Assembly (NCBI GenBank): GCA_013265495.1
Contig: MU058584.1
Location: forward strand, 6,476,407 to 6,540,406
Length of the DNA: 64,000 nucleotides
From: Vicugna vicugna
Taxonomy: Eukaryota
Direction of reading: 5' to 3'
Shown piece after piece: positions 49,021 to 62,368 of the stretch. Below the pieces are notes generated by a model that was not told where the DNA came from, did not search any database, and saw only the letters and a program-made list of their open reading frames with translations. Position 1 is the first letter of the stretch. The number at the start of each line of letters is the position of its first letter. The position numbers and the translations under genes are program-made.

Positions 49021-51489
49021 TAGTGCATTCTTTTAGAAACACATTTTTTAAAAAAAATCATGGCTCTCCCTTTCTTTAGAACTCACGGTTGCTTTTCATT
49101 CTTTTCCATCCCAAGACCAATTTTTTGTCCTCTTTTTAAAAAAAGCCATTCTTTATACTCTATATTTCCACCCCTACCCCAGGAGTCAGCTCGTTCACAC
49201 ACATGTGCAGATTTGAGCTGTTTCCCCACCTCTCCCCAGTGTGCTACTTAGGCAAGTACCCGTGCACCCACCAGTCTCTCCTCCACTTCTCTGCCTTCTG
49301 CCCTGCAGTGTCCTTGCTCCATGGCACTTTCCGCAGACCCACTCATGCTACCTTCCAAGTTCTGCTCCTCTCTCACTTCCTCGTGATGCCTTCCTTGACT
49401 GCTTCTTTCAGACCAAGCAAATGCCTTTTCTCATGCTTACTGTAGAAATAATCAGTGCCTCTACAAGTATTGCTGAATGATTTTCTAAATATTTTATCAT
49501 TGTTAATTTACTTTGAGAATTTTCTTAAGATTAGATACTTTGGTGGGGGGGAGCGTAGCATATTCCACAGTAGCAGTAAGCAAAGAAATTAAATAGATAA
49601 TGGGAGGGTGGGTTATTGTGTGGTCCCACTGTTTATGCAATCTCTAGTGCAAGTAATTTTTTAAATATAAGAGTAATACCAAAGTGTAATAAGTGCTCTT
49701 TTTAGAAAATGCATTATTTTACATTTTAAAAATTTAAGTGGGACAGTCAAGCCACCTATATTTCACCACCCTGAATGGTCTGGTCTTAAAGCATTTCTTT
49801 CTTTTTTTTTTTTTTTTTTCACAGTTTCTATTAACATTCTTGATGACTGATTTTTCTTTAATTTTTCAAAGACTGTGTTTCCCCCACATTAAGAAAACAT
49901 ATACACATTGAACCCACTTGCTCTCATCAGAAAATTAAACACACAAACAACAAACAAACAAAAGTTCCCCCAGGATGATGAGAGCTGTGACATCACAGCT
50001 ATTTCCCAGTGTTCTCAAGTTCCAGTGGGTACACTTCCAGCAGTAAAGGCCTTCAGAGTAAACAGTTTCTTTTTCTTTTCTGCTTGTTCTTAGCTGGGAA
50101 CCTTCCCTAGACATGAGCACATGTCTCCTTTTGAAAATTGGAAAAGCCTGCATAATACCTAAAGGACGTTCCGAGACCACAGTTGGAGAGAGCTACTGCT
50201 CAAAAAATTTGTTTTTACATAATTTAGTAAGGAAAAGCGCCACAAAGCAAGTGGGGGAGAAACTTTCTTAAGGGAATGGACTGAAAATTTTCTACTATTG
50301 TAGATCTCTGGATCTTGAATTTTTTTTTGTTAAATGTTTCAAGACTCACATGTGCTTTTGTAGAAAAAGGAGGAGAAAAACGATGTTTCTTTCTCTATAC
50401 CTTGTAGAACGATGATCAGGTCGGACAGTGACATATTCCAGGACACTGTCATGTATTTTGACAGAGGAAGAAGCACTTAGAAAAATCAAAGATAATGCAT
50501 TTATCCAGATATGAAAGTCCACAGGCCCCTAGCCCTTATTTAAAGTGATAATTACAGAGAAAATATAAATTGTTATTATGAAGTCAATGTAAAAATCATT
50601 CCTCAGCAAGCTGACATGAAAACATTTGCCTGAGGAATGCAAATATTTTCCTTAGGGAAAGTATTAGCAAGTGATATAAAATCATGCTGAACAAAATTTT
50701 AAAATTATGAATTAGATACAGCCAAACAATCTTTCCCCTTCTCATGAGAAAGAGGGAACGGACAGCATAATCATCATTTTTGAGGATGCAAAGCCGCGCT
50801 TGCCCAATAAAAGTTTCTGCAGTTCCCCCACGTTGCCTCATCTCAGGGCGGACAGACGGGGAACCACCCAGAGAGCTCTTTGCCTACAACCAGATGTGCT
50901 GTTCAGCAGCTCTAATCCTCAAGTTCGAGGGAAGACCACAGGATGAATCCTCAACACATTTAAGAAATAAAACCCAATTTGGTTCATTAATCACGAAACT
51001 GAAATCTGCAGTTTCCCTTTGCATATTTCAAAGGCTGAATGCCTTCTGACAAGAGAAACAGAAAATAATGTCTCTGCGTGTTTGACTGTTACGAGTCTGT
51101 TCTCAGCTGCCCTCAGGGAGGAAGAGATTTTTCCGCGTGTGATCATTTTTACTCAGAATATATGGAGTGTTCTTTAAATTTATATCTTTTTTGCTTCACC
51201 CCAACATTCTCCTTTCTCAGGGTGGGAGGAATACCTTTTGTCTGCACTGCTTTGGATGTTTTTGGTTTGGAGATTCAGGGCTGCCTTGAACAGTTAGGAA
51301 GTTCCAGCTGTGTTTGGGTAGGCTTTAAAAGTACAATCGTTTTAACTGAACTGAATTAATATACTCAGACTGCTGGTTTGCTTAATTCTTTTCCCTTATT
51401 ACTTGTATAAATTGATGACTTACGTTGTCTTAAAGGATTAATAATATTAATAATGTGAACAATAAAGCGAGATAGAACAATGAAACTGC

Positions 51490-51680
51490 TGCACAAGCTC
51501 TAAGAACACTTGCCAATGCTATTACGTTTCACAAAGCCAATTCTAAGGAGAAGGTGGGGATAGCATAATTATTTTTATTTTACAGATGAGAAAACTGCGG
51601 CTCGGAGTATTTTAGTGTGCTGCTGATGAGGGACTCAAATCTTTCTCTCCTGATTCCATTTTAATTTTTTTCACTGTATC
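51490..51680 (-). mobile_element. MIR fragment
   Basis: tattttacagatgagaaaactgcggctcggag. Confidence 0.6.
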
Positions 51681-53609
51681 CTATCACCTTTGATGTCAAC
51701 CAGATTCTTTTATATACATGATTTCCAGTGAATCAACACTGAGTTAGGAATAGGGACACCAGAACGCCACTTCCTGACACACTGACATTCTGCACAAATC
51801 TCTTCTCATTCCTCTGGCTCTCGCTCTTTGTTATAAACCGGGCACGTTAACAGCACGTAACGGAAATCAAATGGAGACTCTTCTAAATTAAATTATCAAA
51901 TAAAGATCAAAAAAAATGCATTTCAATAAACTTATACCCAGCTCTCAAAAGCATGAATATTTAATTTAGATTTAGGGACCTTAGGAGCTTCGAAGCGATT
52001 TACTTTGTTTTTGGACAATTCCACGTTCAATGGCTGTTCTATAATTTACTTTAGACAAACCTCTGGGTCTTGATTTTCTCATGTAAAAATTCTGGTGCAT
52101 TAGTATCTGTCACACAGGTTTGTTCTTTGGAATAAAGAGATGATGTAAACAAAGACCCCAACACCTTACTTCCCTTCCCACTGGATGCTCGCCCTTTCCC
52201 TGTTCTCCACTGCGACAGCATCTCTGACAAGTTCAGGCTCAGTTACATACTCAGTGTGGTTTCCCAATCCATTGCTAAGGCCATTTAATGTCCCTGAAAT
52301 TAGGAATATTCCCATACTCTAAAATCACAGTCGTAACAGCATGTCGCTTACGGAGTGACTAAGGAGACATCCGTTTTTGCTCTACAGTTAGGAACTGATA
52401 CCTTACAATTTTTGGTGACACTCCTAAGACCACACCCTCAGTGCCCAGCAGAGCCAGGAGTCTGGCTCAGACATTCCTGACTACAGTCCTCTCCTTCAGG
52501 CCACCCTCCCCTTCTTTAGTAAGAAGTAGATTGCAAATCTTTTAAAACTTTGGAATGGCACCAACCTTTCACATTTCCATGTGCTTCATCCATCACTGCG
52601 GACTTCACAGAGACTGAAGAATACAAACACCCTCCCCTAATTTTAACACCAAATTTAACGAAGAATATACGACATACGCTTAAGATACCAGGTGTCAAGA
52701 CTTCTAATCCCAGACCTGACATAGCCTGTAAGTTTCCAGGAGATCAGACACATTAAACTTTCTCTGTGGTACAATGTCTCTAACATAGCACTGTCTTACC
52801 ACTCCTCTGAGATTTCTGTGGAGTTTATTTAATTTTTTTTTACAGGAATAATACTTACCATGTTAACTATGATTATACATAAAGTTGCCATTCTTTTGCT
52901 AACTTAGATTTCCTAACCAGTTGAGTAAGATAAACATGCTGTTTTCAGTTTGATATGTGACCTGCTTTTGTATGTATGGCTTTGAAATCTGATAAGCCTG
53001 GAAGACATACAGACTGCATTTCTGTATCATGAAGCATCCACGACTCTTTAATTTTTTTTGCCAAGCAGTTAACAATTAGGTCTCTCTGGCATTCTTTGGT
53101 AACAGATCAGCATGGCTAACGCTTGTGGTGCACATGGAGAAAACGGGTCACTGTGGCTGAGGCACTTTGACAGCAGTTTATTGCAGGACTAGTGTGCCTG
53201 CAGTCTGGAGAAGCAGTTTATGCACGTGGTAGATGAGAGACAGACCATCTCCTAAATATGCTCGGTGGGCATTGGTCAGAGGTTAGGAGCACCGCTCTGT
53301 GGGGAGTATCAGTTCTGATGTATGGAAGAGTGTGTGTTTGCTACAAATGCTGTGTGCACTTTACAGTGTAATGTAGAGTCTCTTACTGGGGGTGTAGATA
53401 ACTGGGTTACTGTGTTCCTTTAGAGAGCATGGAGTTCTTCCTCATCTAGGAAAATTTTCCCTTGGTCCTTATATTCTTCCTTTCTTTCTTCTGTATATGT
53501 TCTCCCACATGCAGTTCATTCCCAATGATTTAGAGAAAAAAGGATAAAGAGAAATAACAGATAATCTGATTCTTTCTCTGAGCTGCTTACAGCCTCATCC
53601 AGAATATCT

Positions 53610-53770
53610 TAAAGCGGGATGCCTGGCTCACCCGCATCAGAAAGAACAGCGGTGTCTTCAAATGCAGCTTCCAGAGCCCCACCCACACCAAGGGACTCTG
53701 AATCTCCTAAATATGTGCACTTTAGGTATCCCAGATGATGTTTATGTGCTGCAAGATTTGAAAACACTGA
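53610..53770. mobile_element. MER5-like hAT-Charlie MITE
   Basis: aaatgcagcttccagagcccaccc...tctgaatctc...tcccagatgatgtttatgtgctgcaagatttgaaaacactg. Confidence 0.6.
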
Positions 53771-55529
53771 TGTGCACCACTTTCTCTCACAGTAATCGGA
53801 ACTGAATGACGTGTCTCTTTGTGGCATCCACCCTGTCTCACGCGTTCCATTGTTATTTAAGTCTCCCTAAGGGTCAAGCTTATCTTTTCAACCAGGTGTC
53901 TGAAGTTTGAAGGCAAGGGCAGAGAGGCAGAAATTGTGTAACTTCAGAGCGTTTATCACAGTGCTTTTCATATTGTACGTGGCTTAATAAAAAAGCTGTT
54001 ATTGAATAAATGAATGCACGAAAGAACAAGTGGGAGATTTAAAAAAAAAAAAAAGCACACAGAAAGCACTCCCTGGGTGCCTGGCACTGTTTTTAGTGTT
54101 TCACACAAAACAAAAACAGTTTAAGGCAATTTGGGGGGGGGGTTGTAAAAATCCTCGCTATGATGAATTTTCGGTGATTATTATCTCAGCTCCTCTAGAA
54201 GAAAAAGCATGAATTAAAGAAGGGGCCGTCTAGCACACAGATACTGAGATTTGCAATTTCACTTTAGTTTTAGGTAAATTTGGGAAGTTACAGTTCAGTG
54301 TTTTGTCTTTCCTTCTGATGGTTGATACAGTTTTTCTAATATTGATGCAGTTTTGTGTACTTATCTTCTACATGATCTGAGAAAAGCTAAGGTTTAATAA
54401 ACCAGTTTTTTTTCTCAGACGTTGACTTTGGGAAGGTTGTATTTTGAAATTTCAGTCTAACTTTTTCAAGTTTTCCGTGTTTAGAGACAAATTTATTCCA
54501 TTAGTGGGCACATACATTCGCTTGGCACGTACTAAAGTTTCATCTCAAATATCTCCTTTTAAGGTGCGCTCCAGGGCTTTTGCCCTAAATGGATTTTTTC
54601 TGTTAAATATCAGGCTTTGCTTTTTTCTAATGAAGTATCTAATTCATAGATTGCTGTCCACAGAGTGTGTGGGGAGATGTGGATAGCCTCTTAGATGACA
54701 GACCATTTAATTAAAAAAGAGCTACATTTAGAAAAGCAGGCTTAGCCTGACTTTAGAAAGCTCCGAGGAAGAGAACAATAAAGGAGGGCCTTTGCAGAGA
54801 CGAGGAAGGGCAGAAACCCAGGGGAAAAGCTGTCCTGGAGCTCTGTCTGAAGCAGAGACCACGGCTGAGTTACAGGCCCCTAAGTCCATCTGGGATCCTT
54901 TGGTGACATAAACTTTGTTCTGGTGGTTGATGCCATCACTGGAACCCCCGTAGTGGAATTACAACTTCATAATTCACAGTTAGCTGTTGTTTATTTTATA
55001 CTGAATCACTTGTGGAGCACACTGGCGGCATCCTCAGGGGAACTGTGTGGTTATGCTCCTGCAGATCTCATTGTTGCATAATTAAGTACGTCAGAAGCAA
55101 TTCACCAAGTGTCATAACATCCCATATTTCAGATCTTGCAGATGCTCGCCTTGGTTGTGATTGTCCTGAAGGTTATCCCTGCTGACTCACCTTCTCAATG
55201 AGTTTTCCTTTGGGGGAAACAGTTACCAAAGACATCTGGGCTTTTGGTTTAAGTACAGTTTTCTAAGCAGCAAGCATAATGCTTCCATAGAAAAATAATC
55301 ATCTACGTGATACTGACCTCTGTAGTGTAACTGTAAAATGCGGTTCTATTCTGATTAACCCATAAGGATGTAAAATGTATCAATGAGATAACAAAGAAGG
55401 TTCCTTGGCTAGCAGAGGGAATTTGGATTAGTTTCCATGTTACTTTGTGTTTGGGCTCAGAGATGACCCCACTCATCTAGTGCCTTTGAGTCTTTCAATG
55501 GAGGAAGGGAGTTGAGGGAAAGAAATGAA

Positions 55530-55700
55530 GATTTATTGAGCACGCACCATGACGAGGTACTGTACTGGGTGATTTACATTTAATTTTCACAGTAATGCTG
55601 AGTGGTAGATATTGTCATGCCTAATTTACAAATAGGGCTTTGAGGCTCAGAGAGGGCTGAGCAGCTTGCCTGAAGCCTCAAAGTTAATCCTGACAAAACC
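55530..55700 (-). mobile_element. MIR SINE
   Basis: atttattgagcac...ggtactgtactgg...tgaggctcagagagggctgagcagcttgcctgaag. Confidence 0.7.
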
Positions 55701-56215
55701 AGAACTTGTTTTGACCCCCGGGGCACCCCATACTCCATTATCCTATCACTTATCCTCCAGTGGCTAGAAAATTGGAAAGAAGACGATTGAGTTGAATGGC
55801 TTTTCTGTGACGTTTAATCAGTGGAACACAGGACTCCTGTAACTGTGGTATTGGACTGTATATTAGGCTTACAAATAAAAAAAAAAAGTAAATAGTCTTT
55901 CAGAAAATTACATCTTTGCAAAGAAAACCCCTCATGGCACTGGATAATTCAATGACAGTTAAGCAGCAAAGTTGAGGTTAATTACAGGGCTCAGTGAACT
56001 TGACTAAAGGGGTGAGTAGGCAGAAAGCACTAGAGAAGAGATTAGGTGAGCCAGAGAGCTTTCCTGAAGATGAGGAGTTGATTTTGATCATGGCTCTGAC
56101 CTTGAACGTGGCACCCAGCCCCTCTGAGCTGTGGGAAAAATAGCAATATATTTCTTACAAGTCCATTGAAGACTGTATCAAGTCTAACACTGGATTAAAA
56201 TACTGAAACAAAGCA

Positions 56216-56340
56216 AGGAGGCTATAGCTCAAGTGGTAAAGCACATGCTTAGCAAGCACAAGGTCCTCGGTTCAATCCCCAGAACTTCCTCTAAAAATAA
56301 ATAAATAAGCCTGATTACCTCCCCCAGCCAAAAAGAAAAT
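56216..56340 (+). mobile_element. tRNA-Ala-derived SINE (Vic-1-like) with TSD
   Basis: tatagctcaagtggtaaagcacatgcttagcaagcacaaggtcctcggttcaatcccc plus A-rich tail. TSD atactgaaacaaagca (56200-56215) and atattgaaacaaaaca (56341-56356), 14/16 identical. Confidence 0.9.
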
Positions 56341-56408
56341 ATATTGAAACAAAACAGGCTCAAAATGTTGGGTTATATTCATTCATAATCATTTATGGAA
56401 ATGATTTT

Positions 56409-56535
56409 TGTTTTTTTGAGGATGCAGGTAATTAGGTTTACTTATTTATTTATTCAATGGAGGTACTGGGGGTGGAACCCAGGACCTCATGCATGCTAGG
56501 CATGCACTCTACCACTGAGCTATGCCCTCTCCCAC
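56409..56535 (-). mobile_element. tRNA-Ala-derived SINE (Vic-1-like) with TSD
   Basis: Reverse complement gggcatagctcagtggtagagtgcatgcctagcatgcatgaggtcctgggttccacccccagtacctcc plus tail. TSD aaatgatttt at 56399-56408 and 56539-56548. Confidence 0.9.
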
Positions 56536-57209
56536 TGAAAATGATTTTATTATAGTGAAGAATAGGATTTTACTTAAAAGAGTCAGTCTGATTTGGTTGT
56601 TTGGAATCAGAAATTCATTTTTCCAGATGCAATGTTATAAGTGGTGGTTAGGTTCCCGGGAAGCCTCCAAAAGAGTAGTAAATGTATGACACAGATGAAC
56701 AGTAGTGACTATGGAGGCAGCTGGAAAGAAGGGTCTTAGTGACTCAACTGTAAGGAGGAAAGGGATGCCTTTCCCTCTTCGCTGGTATAGGACCAGTGCT
56801 GGGCAAAATTAGAACTGGATGAATTTAATCTCTGGGCAGCCTTCTTGAACACCTGCCACCCCACCAAGGTCTGAACTCAGCACTTCTCTCCTGGTGCACT
56901 CACATCATTTATGGCATGGGCACATTGCCCAATTTCTTTAAGAATACCACTGAGGTTTTGTGTGCCCCGATCATCCTGCTCACCCCTCTTCTCTACAGTT
57001 CTTACTGAGGAAGATAAACACATAGAAGAGAAGTTTAGTGGGGAATAATATACTGAATTGTCATCATCTGGGCAAACACTCAGTAAACCCTGAGCATCCC
57101 AAGGCCCCATCTTCTGAGATTTGCCAATAAGACAAGGTTGGAGGCCTAGGTTTAAGTCTGTCATGACTGCACAGCAGACTTCCCTTCCACTGTTTTCTCT
57201 TTCTCTCAC

Positions 57210-57790
57210 TCATTTTCCCATGTTTGACAACTGTGTATTGAATACCTGCTGTGTGCCCACCACTATTCTAGGTTTTGGGGATTCAGCAGTGAAAAAGACA
57301 AATTGTTTCTCCTCATAAACCTTACATTCTCCTTGGAAAGAAAGGCAATAAATATGTAATTAAACAAACAACTAGATAAATGATTCAATTATAAATAAAG
57401 ATAAGTCCTATAAAGGAAATGAAACAGGATTATTAAGCAAGGATGTAAATTAAAAGAAGGAGCTAACCTTGAGGAGATCAGAGTAAAGAGCCTCTCAGGC
57501 AGTGGGAATGAACCGCAAGTGCAAAGGCCCTGTGGCAGGAACAAGCTTGATAGATCCAAGGAACAGAAAGAAAGTCAGTGTGACTGTAAGATAGCAAGCG
57601 ATGGGAGTTTGGCAGATGAGATCACAGACACAGGTAGGTGCCAGGTGATAGTGACCTTGTAGGTCATAGGGAAGAGCTGGGCTTATATTCTAAGTGTGAT
57701 GGCAGTGGGAAGCCACTGGCGAGGTGTGAGCTGGGGGGGGTTGTAATCTGATTGATGTATTTACAAGAACAACATGACTTCTATATGGAA
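57210..57790 (-). mobile_element. LINE-2 3' fragment
   Basis: tgtattgaatacctgctgtgtgcccaccactattctagg...ggggattcagcagtgaaaaagaca...aagtgcaaaggccctgtggcagga. Confidence 0.85.
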
Positions 57791-60700
57791 AATAGGTATT
57801 AGAGGAGAAAGGAGAAGCATTGGGCCAGATGAGAAATGATGGCGTTTGGAACCAGCCATCTGCATGACAAGCTGAGCAGTGGTGGTGGGCACCCAGACTG
57901 TCCTTCTTCTAGGGGCCCGGGAGGCTGACGGGAGCCGGCTGGCTTAGTAGATAGAAGAGGCCTCACCTGGAGGACTGACCCCATGTAGTCCTTTTCTCAG
58001 CCTCATCTTTTCTGTATTTCTTTACCTAGGTTTTCTCTCAAACTTGCGAACCTTTTCACAGAGGGCTCCCTAGAAGCAGTTGACAAACAACAGGGGGTGG
58101 TTGGGTGCAGTGGGGTGTGAAATAGGAGCAATTTTTTTTTTCTTGAGTTTGTTATTTGAAAAGTTAGAGCCTGTAATTCAGGTACTGCCTGTAATTTTCC
58201 CAGAAAGGAAGGGTTCCGTTTTAAGTTCTACAAAAGCAACCTCTTTGTAATTTAGCAAAACACCAGAAGGCGGTACTGCTAACGACCACAATTCAGTTAC
58301 GTGAGGACTCGTGTAACTGAAGTGCCTTGGGCAGTTACCGGTATTCTCTAGGCTGGAGTCACGCCCCTTCGGTGTGTATGCTTTAACGCAACCAAAGGTC
58401 AGAAGTCCGTGAGGTCTTGTCTCCAAACAGTGAAACAGTATGCATCGTTCAGATGAGCTGAAGTCAGAGCATTTTACCTACCACGGCCATTGGTCTAATA
58501 AGTATTCACTGTGTTCAGCACTGTGCCAAGCACTTTGGAGGATACTAGAGAAACACGTGACCCGGGCTTTTGCTGAAAGAGCCAACCATCTAATTGGTGA
58601 GATGAATCTAACCCTGGCCCCCACCCCAGCTCACCTTCAGTGTAATTGTAACATGATCAATCCTGAGATCACCAATCCTGCATACCTGTTCCTCCTCTTT
58701 TCCTCATCACTCAATGGCACCTCAGCTACCAGGTGCAAGCAGCTCAAAATTTCAGCAGCAACCGTAGCCCCTTCCTGTCTTCCATCCTACATGCCTGTTT
58801 CTCGGGGCAGACATTTGTCTCACCCGGGTTTGATCAGATCTTTCCTTGTAGATTTTTACAGACAGAATTTTCTCTGACTCAGAAGTGATTCCAGATTGGA
58901 GGAAGAATTTCAAATCTGTAAGAAGCTGTTGGAGAACTCTCAGAAGAAACTGGGAATAGACACAGCTTGCTTTTCAAGATGATTTTGAACCCCCAATACT
59001 TCAAGCACTGGGCAGCTTGGAGCACCGTGAGAGTTAAGAAGTGCCTCATGATCTCATCTTCCTCAGCCTTCTAAACCTTCTAACACTTCTCATGATGTTT
59101 CAAGTTGTTTGGCAAATGTGATAAAGTCACAGTCAGCATAAACTTACAAGTATGTAATCGATTAAGCAGGCCACGCAGAGAAGTTCAGTATTTGAAAAGA
59201 AAAACTGGATTTCATATAAACCGAACTTTGAAACAAGATGACAGTCCCCTGACTTCGAGACTAGGATTCAGGTACAGTTTATTAATTTCTTAGCACAGGG
59301 AGTTTAAACAATCTTTTTCCTGAGGCTGAGATACTGGCTTTACAACAGGGCTTACTTGAGGTTTTATTAGGCTTCACTCTTCTTCTGAGCTTCTACTAAT
59401 ATCTTTATTAATGATTTGAAAAAAGGAGCAGAAGAAACTGGGTCAGGATAAATCATTGTGGCTAGAATAAGCAGCCCTGCGCATCTCCCGGTGTAAGGGG
59501 ACACGGAGGGCAGCCTGCAGCCTGGGAAGGTCGTTCAGAGTCAGCGCAGGCTTGGGATAGTCCTGTCAAAGAGTGAGTCAGGTCTGGACAAGTAGCTGAC
59601 TAGGGCATGGCTCAGCAGCCCTCAGAAGGCTGACTCCAAGCCACAGGATTTATGAAGGCAATCTGCAAGACACATTTAGCGGGAAGATGACTGGGGAATG
59701 ACGGTGCTTTCGTCCAGACTAGGAAGTTTAAAAAATACTTGTTTTAGTAGATGAAGAATAGAAGAATTTGGGATCAGAATATCTAGATATCAGTAGATCA
59801 ATTCTGCCTCTATTACCCACCTATAAAATGGAATGAGAATGCCTGATTTTTCTCTTTTTTATCATGAGGTCTTGAGGGGCACAGCGTGGCAGAAAAGATG
59901 TATACGGTTTGAGGTCTGATCAACACTACTATAAAAGTCTATTATACAGGAGGGTAATAGGCAGAAGGTAGATTTTTCAAACTAGCAGGGATATATGAGG
60001 AAAGGCTTCCTGGAAGGGGCAGCATTTGAACAGGACTTGGATATATAATTTTCTTTTCGAGTCAGAATATTGTAAGTTAAGAACAATATAAATACTGAGC
60101 AAGCACATTTCAAATGGGCTTGTACCTGTTCAATCCCACAAGAACCCTTCCGAGCCTAAGGGTGAGGCCTGTGAATTTCCTTGGCAGGAGCTAACACTGC
60201 TTCACTCCGTTAGAGTTAAAAATACAGACCCTCCGCCTCCAGGCTGTCAATCTGGGCACCTTTCACCAGCATTAAACTCACTTAAAAATGATTTGTAACA
60301 ACATTACACTTTAAAAAAAGCCTGGTAGATTTTTAGTCAAGGGTACAAAAAACAAGTTGCTGTTTGTATTCCAGATAGTTTTTAAAAATATGGTCTGGTG
60401 AGTGGAGAATGCAGCAGCTTGGAAAAAACGCTGGCTTTGAGGACTGAAAACCTAAGAGGGCAAAAGCGGGCAGCTCTGCATTTTATAATCCAGCTTTTCT
60501 TTAAAAGGAGCCACTGGCAGCCCTGGAAAAGGGGGAACAGAAGGGGAAGGAGAGAAGTGGGGGAGAGAATTTCTCATTCAAATAATCCCAGGGTGTTCAG
60601 CAAGGTCAAAAGTCTGAGAGTTCTGTGGTGCCTTGGGGAGTGGGACTAAGGAAAATGTGACTTGCCAAGGTCAGGAATTTCTGACACTCATTCAGATTCT

Positions 60701-62335
60701 AGCCTTAGGGGGGTAGCTGTTTGATGAGGACAGAGGAAAGAGGTGGCATGAGGGGTGACATTTAACATCAGCAGGAGACAGGCAGCTGCAGGAGCTTGTG
60801 CGCTCAATTCCAGGAGAGACATTTCCAGAACAAACAGAGTCACCTCTTAATTGCCTGCATATGCATTTGGATTTCCCACTTGGTGGATTCTTTCAGAATC
60901 TACCGTTGCCGCCTCTGACATGTACACGCCAGAGTCACTTCATTTCCTTATCCCACAGACTACACATTGAGAACCCCAAATCATCTGGAAACTAAACCTA
61001 GGCAGAACTCCTTAGAAGTGTCTACCTCCTGGGTAAATGAAAACAAAGACACTAGTATTTATTTTTTCAAGCATAAATACAGAAGGCTTTTGGACTACCT
61101 TTTGTTTTGGGGAGTAGAACTAACATGCATTGAGTATCTTGTAAATGGTCATGCCTTGCTGTTCGTTAGAACAATCAAGAATTGATTGTAATACATCAAA
61201 AACAAAAGAATTGATTGGACAATTCTTCAGCCCCACCCCAAATGCAAATTATTTAAGCTTTCTAATTAACACTAGCCTCTTTTCAGAGTAACACAAAATT
61301 AAACACAAAGCATGGTGTTTATGATATTAAGAGCTTTTTTTAAAAAGGTCACCTTGACCATTTAGGATTTTTTTTTTTTACAGGTCAGAATATTGTGAGT
61401 GAAGAACAATAGAAACACTAAACAGGCAAATTTCAAACCCCACATGTGACAGCTGGTTTTTAAATAATGAGAAAAGGTTGGTGTGGTACATTTACAGTCT
61501 GTTCAAGTTATATTTGGTGAACAAGTCCATGGGAGATACTCATGGAGATTAAGCAAGGGCTCTTGGTCTACAAATTTCCCTCTCTACCCTCTTAAAGGAA
61601 ATTTCTTTGGATGTTCAGGGACCCTCCACAACTTTTGTGAATTCTTTTCCTTTCTTTTCTGTGGCTAAGCCAACAGGAGAAGAGCTTTGTTCTGAGAGAG
61701 AGGCAGGACCCACCGACCAAGAACTGGACTTGGCATAGTAGCCCATTTCCTCACCTTCCTTTTCGCTGAAATGAGGATTACAACACCTCCACGTAGGGCT
61801 GTGCTGAGCGTCCAGTGAGGTACTGTGCTGAGCGTGGCCAGCCGTGTGCCGGGAGTGCAGCAAATACTTGCCGAATGGAAGTTATTTCGTAGTAAGCGCT
61901 CGATCCTGATTTTACAATTGAGCAGACACTGCGGAGTCCTTTATCACTCAGCCATAAAAACTGTGTGAGTATTTCCTTGAAATATTTGTAAACATCTGGA
62001 AACAATTCAGTCCGAGGACACTTTAGGTAACTAAAGGGACTCATTCTTAAAATGAATATATATTCTCGGGAGACTCTGGGGTCAAAGAGCAAGTGACCAA
62101 ATACTTCTCCTCACTCCGGAAAGCTTTGTGGTGAGAGAGAAGGAGAGAGAAAGAGGGAGAGACAGAAGGGGCGGGAGAGAAATAGATTTTGCTGGAAGCT
62201 AAGCATCAAGCATGTTTTGTCTGAGAAGCAATATGTTGCTTATTCTGTGACTTTAAAAAGGCAAAACATCTAGGCTATGTATCCATTTACTTGCTGAGTT
62301 ACCTCTACATCCAGTGCCATAGCTCTAAAAATTTT

Positions 62336-62368
<33 letters not shown>
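62336..62368. repeat. (ATG)11 trinucleotide microsatellite
   Basis: Seen directly. Confidence 0.96.

Noticed and set aside
56216..56290. Possible functional tRNA-Ala gene (also 26919-26990 and 56459-56530)
   Set aside because: Stem mismatches, A-rich tails, TSDs and multiple diverged copies indicate SINEs.
58440..58877. 145-aa ATG-initiated intronic ORF
   Set aside because: Partly overlaps L2-like sequence, has no recognisable domain and no supporting promoter or splice context.
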